Shown here one piece after another: positions 33,224 through 38,030 of a stretch of DNA of 38,030 nt. Where the stretch lies: the UHGV virus genome UHGV-0362136. One strand, written 5' to 3'. The notes beneath the pieces were generated by a model that saw only the letters and a program-made list of their open reading frames with translations, did not search any database and had not been told where the DNA came from. The number at the start of each line of letters is the position of its first letter. Position 1 is the first letter of the stretch. The translations under genes and the position numbers were made by a program. The stretch is from a virus.

Positions 33224-34663
33224 CTATCCGAGGGCGGTGAGGGTGGTGCCTTGTCTGCGGCGGGTGACGACGGCCCACGTGATCGCCTGGGTGAGGGCGT
33301 CTACTTGGTCGTCGTGGGTGGCGTTGGGGAATCCGGCGAGTTCTTCGATGAGGTCTCCGGTCCAGGGCTCGTATCCGGGGAGGTGGACATTTCCGGCTTC
33401 GACGAGGGGCTGGACGACATTGGCGCGGGCTTCCTTGCCGCCCTGTGGCTGGACTGGGACGAGTCCGGGCAGGGTGTGGGCGAGGGCGTCGAGGACGGCG
33501 GGTCCGTTGGCCTTGTCCTCGACGAGATGGGCGGTGGCCTGTGGCCATCGTGCGGCGAGGCGCTGCATGTGCTGGCAGGTTTCGGTGAAGCTCCAGTGGC
33601 CTCGAGATTGGTCGAGGAGTCGCAGGGTGGACCCGTCGTGCTGCCAGACTTGGCCGACGACCCAGTCGGTGTGCTCGCCACCTTTGAAGGTGAGGTCCCA
33701 GGAGGTGAACACTTGCCCGCTCGGCACCCACCGTTGCTGGTTGTCGTCGGCCTGCCAGGCTGGGCGGGCATCTATGATCCAGTGGTCCCGGTTGAAGATG
33801 GTGCCGCCGGGAGGTGATGGGTGGCCCTGGTAGAGGGAGGCGAATGTCCGGGAGCCTGCTTGTCGCTTGATGGCCTCCCACTGGGCGTCGGTGCGGCCTC
33901 GAGCGGACTGGAGCCACTGGCCTGGTGCGCGTCCTAGCGGGTCTTCGCTGCTGTCGGCCTGGGCTGGAATGTTGATGACGCTCCAGCGGTCGGCGTCGTC
34001 GGAGGCGAGGAGTCGCCCGGCGAGGTCATCTTCGTGCCAGCGGGTGAGGATGAGGACGACTGGTGCGCCGGGGGCGAGTCGGGTGGAGGCGACGTCGGTC
34101 CACCAGTCCCAGACGCGCTCGCGGTACACCTTGGAGTCGGCCTGTTCGCGATCCTTGATGGGGTCGTCGATGATGAGCAGGTCGACGGCGCGTCCGGTGA
34201 GGGCTCCACCGACGCCGGTGGCGTAGATGCCTCCGTCGTGTCCGGCGAGCTGCCACTCGTGCTGGGCTGACAGGTCGGGGCGGACGGTGAGCCCGAGGTT
34301 AGGGTGGGCGGCGATGTCGTCTCGGATGACGCGACCCCACCGGCGCGCCACCGAGTGTGCGTACGAGGCGATGGCGATACGGGTGTCTGGGTTGTGGGTG
34401 AGTGCCCACAGGGGGAAGCGGCGGCTGCATCGCTGCGACTTCCCCTCCTGAGGAGGCATGGACACGATGAGGCGTCCATCGGTGGTGTCTGCAAGCTGGG
34501 CGAGCTGGGTGTCGATGAGTCGCAGGGCTGGAGTTTGGACGGTGGTGGGGTCGAGCGCCTGAGCCATGTCGCCGGGAGTGTCCCAGCGGTGGGCGCTGCC
34601 GGTGAGGATGGCGCGCATGGCTGCGGCGGTGGCGGGGTCGAGGCGCAGGAGTGGCGCTGTCAT
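33224..34663 (-). CDS. terL: terminase large subunit
   Basis: Start at MTAPLLRLD (GGAGG RBS; the track ORF extends upstream spuriously). Walker A-like PPQEGKS. ATPase DE in LLIIDDP. C-terminal nuclease region with ...HLVEDKANG.... Confidence 0.85.
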   Translation of the reverse strand: MTAPLLRLDPATAAAMRAILTGSAHRWDTPGDMAQALDPTTVQTPALRLIDTQLAQLADTTDGRLIVSMPPQEGKSQRCSRRFPLWALTHNPDTRIAIASYAHSVARRWGRVIRDDIAAHPNLGLTVRPDLSAQHEWQLAGHDGGIYATGVGGALTGRAVDLLIIDDPIKDREQADSKVYRERVWDWWTDVASTRLAPGAPVVLILTRWHEDDLAGRLLASDDADRWSVINIPAQADSSEDPLGRAPGQWLQSARGRTDAQWEAIKRQAGSRTFASLYQGHPSPPGGTIFNRDHWIIDARPAWQADDNQQRWVPSGQVFTSWDLTFKGGEHTDWVVGQVWQHDGSTLRLLDQSRGHWSFTETCQHMQRLAARWPQATAHLVEDKANGPAVLDALAHTLPGLVPVQPQGGKEARANVVQPLVEAGNVHLPGYEPWTGDLIEELAGFPNATHDDQVDALTQAITWAVVTRRRQGTTLTALG

Positions 34664-34722
34664 TGCGCCTCCTTGTCTGTTTTTGGGCGCACACGCCCCG
34701 CTAGTCGTCACCATACCATGCG

Positions 34723-35454
34723 TTATGCGGCTTTGTCTCTGTCCTCGATGGCTGCCGTGATGTCTGGCCAGAGTTGGGCTATGACATCCCATGGGAAAAA
34801 TCGTGGAGGTTGTGGAAGCTGTGCGCGTTGAGCTGGTTTGATCTTGCCGCGCCGGTGCCATTGGTTGATGCGTTTGCGCTGGACGGGGAGTTCTGCGGCT
34901 AGCTCGGCTGCGGTCATGGGTGGGGCGAATCGCCATCGCTTTTCGAGGGCGGCTGGTCCTGGGTATTCGTGGCGTTGGCCATCGGGTTGCCAGCGGGTGG
35001 CAGTGCAGGCGAGGACGGGGCCGTCGATCTCGCAGGGCGCTCCGCATGCGGGGCATGTGATGGCGCGGGGAGGTTTCAGTCCTACGGCGCGGGCCAGGTT
35101 GGCGTATGTGGCACTGATCATGTCATCGACCACGGCCATGTCGTAGTCGTCGAGCCAGGCCCGTGAGTCGGCCCACACGTCTGTCAGCCATGCGCATTCG
35201 GTGGTCCAGGTCAGGCCGCGCGGCTGGGGGTGTGCGGCACGGGTCTCGGGGTCGATGGCCTCCCAGATGACCCTGGATGCCTCTCCGGCGAGGGTGCGCA
35301 GCATGGGTGGCTCCCATCCTGGTGTGGGCAGGATGTCGAGGCGTGACACGTCCAGGGGCGGGCGTGATCCTGGCACGTGGCGGGTGTGGGTGGCCTCGCC
35401 GTCAGGGTTGCGGGTGTCACCGAGGGAGTGGAGTTCGGCGATGATGGCTGGCAT
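34723..35454 (-). CDS. hypothetical protein with Cys4 zinc-ribbon (CPAC...C...C) and C-terminal HTH-like segment
   Basis: Start at [11 protein letters not shown]. ...[19 protein letters not shown]... and [26 protein letters not shown]. Lies between the TerS-like gene and TerL. Confidence 0.35.
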   Translation of the reverse strand: MPAIIAELHSLGDTRNPDGEATHTRHVPGSRPPLDVSRLDILPTPGWEPPMLRTLAGEASRVIWEAIDPETRAAHPQPRGLTWTTECAWLTDVWADSRAWLDDYDMAVVDDMISATYANLARAVGLKPPRAITCPACGAPCEIDGPVLACTATRWQPDGQRHEYPGPAALEKRWRFAPPMTAAELAAELPVQRKRINQWHRRGKIKPAQRAQLPQPPRFFPWDVIAQLWPDITAAIEDRDKAA

Positions 35455-35507
35455 CTGCTGGATGCGACCGAGCGGGTCGGTGGCGGGGATCCATGCGAGG
35501 GGTCTGG

Positions 35508-36197
35508 TCACTGGTCCTCCTGGAGGGCATCGAGGATGAGCTGCCGTCCGTCGATGGCGTGATCGGCGCGGGCGCGCTCGATCATGGCGAGCATGGCGGC
35601 GACGTTGGCTGTGGCGGTGAGTTCCTGGGAGTGGGCGATGCGGTCTTGGATGCCGAGCCTGCACATGCGGTCGAGTGCGTTGGTTGCTCGGTCGATGGCG
35701 CGTTCGTAGACGGTGACGGCGGCGCGAACCTCCTCGGCTCCGGTGATGGGGTTGTCGCGGGCCCATGAGTCGGTGACCTCGGAGAGTTTGGCGCGGGCGA
35801 GGTCGAGGAACGCGACCTGCTCTCCGACGATGCGGGCGAGTTCGCGAGCTGGGTCAGCGACGGGCTGGATGCCGATGCGGCGTAGTTCTCCGCCGATGCG
35901 AGCCTCGAGCGCTGTGGCACGTGCGGACGCGGTGCGCGTGGATGTTGATCCCAGGTGGAGTTTGCATGTGCCGTATCCGGGATGGCTGGTTCCCCACCCT
36001 GCTGGTCGGCGGCATGCCGACCCGGATCGTGTACGTGCTCCGCAGAAGCGACTGTCATGACCTGCGGCTTTTTCGGTCGCTGTCATGGCCGTGCGGCCAC
36101 GTCTCTGGTGGGCGCTGTCGTGTCGTACCGTGATGTCGCCTGAGTCTTGGGGGTCTCCTATCAGCGGGTCGCGCAGCTTGTGTGACGATGCGGCCAT
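35508..36197 (-). CDS. terminase small subunit candidate with zinc-ribbon motif
   Basis: Start at MAASSHKL (GGAGC upstream). Alternative start MTATEKAAG at 36086. Motif [30 protein letters not shown] resembles, from memory, actinophage TerS-like proteins. Position directly upstream of TerL. Confidence 0.4.
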   Translation of the reverse strand: MAASSHKLRDPLIGDPQDSGDITVRHDSAHQRRGRTAMTATEKAAGHDSRFCGARTRSGSACRRPAGWGTSHPGYGTCKLHLGSTSTRTASARATALEARIGGELRRIGIQPVADPARELARIVGEQVAFLDLARAKLSEVTDSWARDNPITGAEEVRAAVTVYERAIDRATNALDRMCRLGIQDRIAHSQELTATANVAAMLAMIERARADHAIDGRQLILDALQEDQ

Positions 36198-36270
36198 GGC
36201 GAGCTCCTTGCTGTTTTTCGGCCTTTCGGGCCTGGTGTGGGTATCGGGTTGAGTCGGTGCCTGGAGCCGC

Positions 36271-36732
36271 TCATATCTCCGTCGCGCTGGACGCTCTTCT
36301 GATGGCCTCGCGCAGTTGCGCCCGCCTATCGACCCGCGATCGGGTTTCCGTAGCGTCAGAGGGGCGTTTTTGTGCGTCTGGCGGGCATTCCAGGGCCGGG
36401 GTGTCGGTTTGGTTTCCGCTGGCGATCTGCTGACGGGTGGATTTGAGCCACTCGCGGTAGGCGTCTGGGTCGGCGGGTGCGCCGGTGAGTTCGGCCCTGT
36501 CGAGGCGTGCGGCGCGGGCGCGGCGCACCTGGTTGAGGACCTGTCGGGGGTCGATCCACAGCGGGCGGGTGTCGGCGGATCGGGCGATAGCGACCACGGC
36601 GGCGCGGGCGTCATCGTAGGTCACGTCGGCCAGCACGTCGCGCCACACATCCGGGGTGTACTCGTCGATTTTCTGGGCGGGGCAGCATGCCTGTACGTAG
36701 CGGGTGAGCTGCAGGGCCTCGGTGGCGTTCAT
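36271..36732 (-). CDS. hypothetical protein (153 aa)
   Basis: Start at MNATEALQLTRY (AGGAG RBS). Confidence 0.4.
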   Translation of the reverse strand: MNATEALQLTRYVQACCPAQKIDEYTPDVWRDVLADVTYDDARAAVVAIARSADTRPLWIDPRQVLNQVRRARAARLDRAELTGAPADPDAYREWLKSTRQQIASGNQTDTPALECPPDAQKRPSDATETRSRVDRRAQLREAIRRASSATEI

Positions 36733-37628
36733 GCGGTCTCCTGTGCGTCTCGGGCTTGGGCGCGTTTGAGTGCTCGTGCCCACTGGTCGTCTGTGAGTCC
36801 AGCGCCAGGTCTGGCGCTGCCGCTGGTGTCAGCGGAGCGGCGGATCCAGTTGCGCCAGGTGGCGTCCCAGTCGCGTTTGCGGCCTCGTTGGCCGGGGACT
36901 CCGGCCCAGTAGTCGCGGAATCGGTCGAGCTGGTCGGTGAGCCATGCGGCGTCTCTGCCTGCCTCGGCGGCGAGATTGGTGTCGGTGCGGGCTGGGCTCC
37001 AGTCGTCTGGCAGGCGTGTGCCGTGCTGGCTGGCACCCGCCACGGCGGGTGCTGTGCGCCCCGTGACCAGCGCGAGTTGACCAGACTCAACGACAGTTGA
37101 GTCTTCTATATGGGTACGGGTACGGGGCTTAGCAGCGCTGTTTGCATTCTGCTTAGCGGTACGCTTGCCGTCCTGCTTAGCGGGCCGCTTAGCGCTCTGC
37201 TTAGCGTCCTGCTTGTCTCCCCTAGTGGTACGGGCTTTGCCACCCCTGCGTCCGATGTCGGCCATGCGCTTCCGTGTGGCCTCGACAGCGGCCTTTGTGG
37301 GCTGAAACTCGCCCCAATCGTGGTACTGATACCCCCCCTCCACCTGCATCCACAGTCCGGCGTCAAGCAGCGATTGCACCGGATCGTCAAGCGGGCGCTT
37401 AGCGTCCTGCTTAGCAGCGCTGCTTAGCGTGCCGCTAAGCGTGGTGCTAAGCGTGGCGCTTAAATGGCTGCCGAGCATGGCCGAAACCACCCTGTCCGGC
37501 ACGAATCCGTCCGTGAGCTGCGCGGCGCTCCAAGCCCCGCAGATCGTCCACAGCCCCAGCGCTTCCAACGGCAGGCCGATCACCTTGGGATTCATGGGCA
37601 GCTGGTCGTCAACCTTGAACCACGGCAT
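36729..37628 (-). CDS. hypothetical protein with conserved N-terminus (MPWFKVDD...) and Lys/Ala/Gln-rich repetitive C-terminal half; candidate replication/DNA-binding protein
   Basis: ORF track. N-terminal WTICGAWSAAQLTDGFVP. C-terminal half AKQDAKQSAKRPAKQDGKRTAKQNANSAAKP is encoded by GCTTAGCG-type nucleotide repeats. Confidence 0.4.
   Translation of the reverse strand: MPWFKVDDQLPMNPKVIGLPLEALGLWTICGAWSAAQLTDGFVPDRVVSAMLGSHLSATLSTTLSGTLSSAAKQDAKRPLDDPVQSLLDAGLWMQVEGGYQYHDWGEFQPTKAAVEATRKRMADIGRRGGKARTTRGDKQDAKQSAKRPAKQDGKRTAKQNANSAAKPRTRTHIEDSTVVESGQLALVTGRTAPAVAGASQHGTRLPDDWSPARTDTNLAAEAGRDAAWLTDQLDRFRDYWAGVPGQRGRKRDWDATWRNWIRRSADTSGSARPGAGLTDDQWARALKRAQARDAQETA
37130..37452. repeat. iteron-like array: about 10 copies of GCTTAGCG / CGCTAAGC (direct and inverted) inside the 36729..37628 gene
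   Basis: Direct copies of (c)tGCTTAGCG near 37131, 37155, 37179, 37191, 37204, 37398, 37409 and 37422. Inverted GCTAAGCG copies near 37434 and 37446. Confidence 0.5.
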
Positions 37629-38011
37629 TAGAAACTCACCTCCTGTTGGGTGATAACGAGACGTATGCGGTGGGTGCCCTTCGGGCTGCAGCCCGGCTCG
37701 CGGCGATAGTCGGGTCCGACGAGGTGTGTCGAGTCGTCATCGGGCAGCATCCCGGCATCCACCAGGCCATCGACCAGGGCCTTGACGGTGGGGGCGGCGT
37801 TGGCTGGGTCAGCCCGCCCGCCACGCGGATACTGAATCCAGGCGGCCACGTGCACCACTTGGTGGCTACCCAGGTGCGCCTGCTTGGCGGCCCAGTAGCC
37901 CCTGGTGCGCAGCTCCTTGGTGCGGTATGCGCGGTACGCCCAGTGTTGCACGCGGTCGTTAGCTGACAGCCACTCGACGTTGGGCACCTCAATGATGATC
38001 TGGTCAGTCAT
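37628..38011 (-). CDS. rusA: RusA-like Holliday junction resolvase
   Basis: 127 aa. ...ADPANAAPTVKALVDGLVDAGMLPDDDSTHLV... resembles the RusA Asp-rich catalytic region (D.DN..K...D.L...G...DD..v). Position at the end of the early/replication region. Confidence 0.5.
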   Translation of the reverse strand: MTDQIIIEVPNVEWLSANDRVQHWAYRAYRTKELRTRGYWAAKQAHLGSHQVVHVAAWIQYPRGGRADPANAAPTVKALVDGLVDAGMLPDDDSTHLVGPDYRREPGCSPKGTHRIRLVITQQEVSF

Positions 38012-38030
38012 GCTGCGCCTCCTTGCGCCC

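Noticed and set aside
33207-33917. 236-aa Arg/Pro-rich ORF and other long R/P-rich ORFs (e.g. 1027..1458, 10369..10932, 19486..20400)
   Set aside because: Off-frame products of real genes. Extreme Arg/Pro/Ser bias and overlap with well-supported CDSs.
34723-35766. Longer 347-aa version of the ORF upstream of terL
   Set aside because: The N-terminal 104 aa overlap the TerS-like gene and are Arg/His-rich junk. The start was moved to the first Met after the upstream stop.
1-38030. Search for CRISPR arrays or cas1/cas2 adaptation genes anywhere in the window
   Set aside because: None found by eye. No 24-40-bp direct repeats with unique spacers in any intergenic region.

Overview
The window is a 38-kb, roughly 68-70% GC, gene-dense stretch of a temperate siphovirus-type (pro)phage. 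The endolysin closely resembles Cutibacterium/Propionibacterium phage amidase endolysins, so the host is probably a Propionibacteriaceae member. Most genes are on the minus strand. From high to low coordinates the window holds a RusA-like resolvase, a probable replication protein with iteron-like repeats, a TerS-like protein and TerL, portal, Mu-F-like head protein, scaffold, HK97-fold capsid, connector genes, major tail protein, G/G-T chaperones with a -1 frameshift site, a 1540-aa tape measure, Dit/Tal/minor tail proteins and an amidase endolysin plus holin. This late block also carries a moron block containing membrane proteins, a collagen-like protein and an opposite-strand Mrr_N-T5orf172 gene. 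A lambda b-region-like set of plus-strand genes follows, then an attP-like core (3' tRNA-Pro-like fragment) directly downstream of a tyrosine integrase. The lysogeny module is ImmR-like repressor / ImmA metallopeptidase / Cro-like regulator with TGTACA-type operator palindromes. The early module has antirepressor, HTH protein, a pentapeptide-repeat protein, RecT plus YqaJ exonuclease, HNH and SSB. The most interesting part is at 1-4078: a translationally coupled operon that reads as an array-less type IV-B-like CRISPR-Cas effector module. Its genes are Cas6-like, Csf1-like Zn-finger subunit, Cas11-like, Csf2/Cas7 RAMP, Csf3/Cas5-like RAMP, a small protein and a CysH-like PAPS-reductase, fused directly behind the phage SSB gene. 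No CRISPR array is present in the window. All calls rest on reading the six-frame translations and motif recall, with no database searches. The printed line numbering and the ORF track seem to differ by 1 nt in places, so coordinates follow the ORF track and may be off by 1-3 nt.
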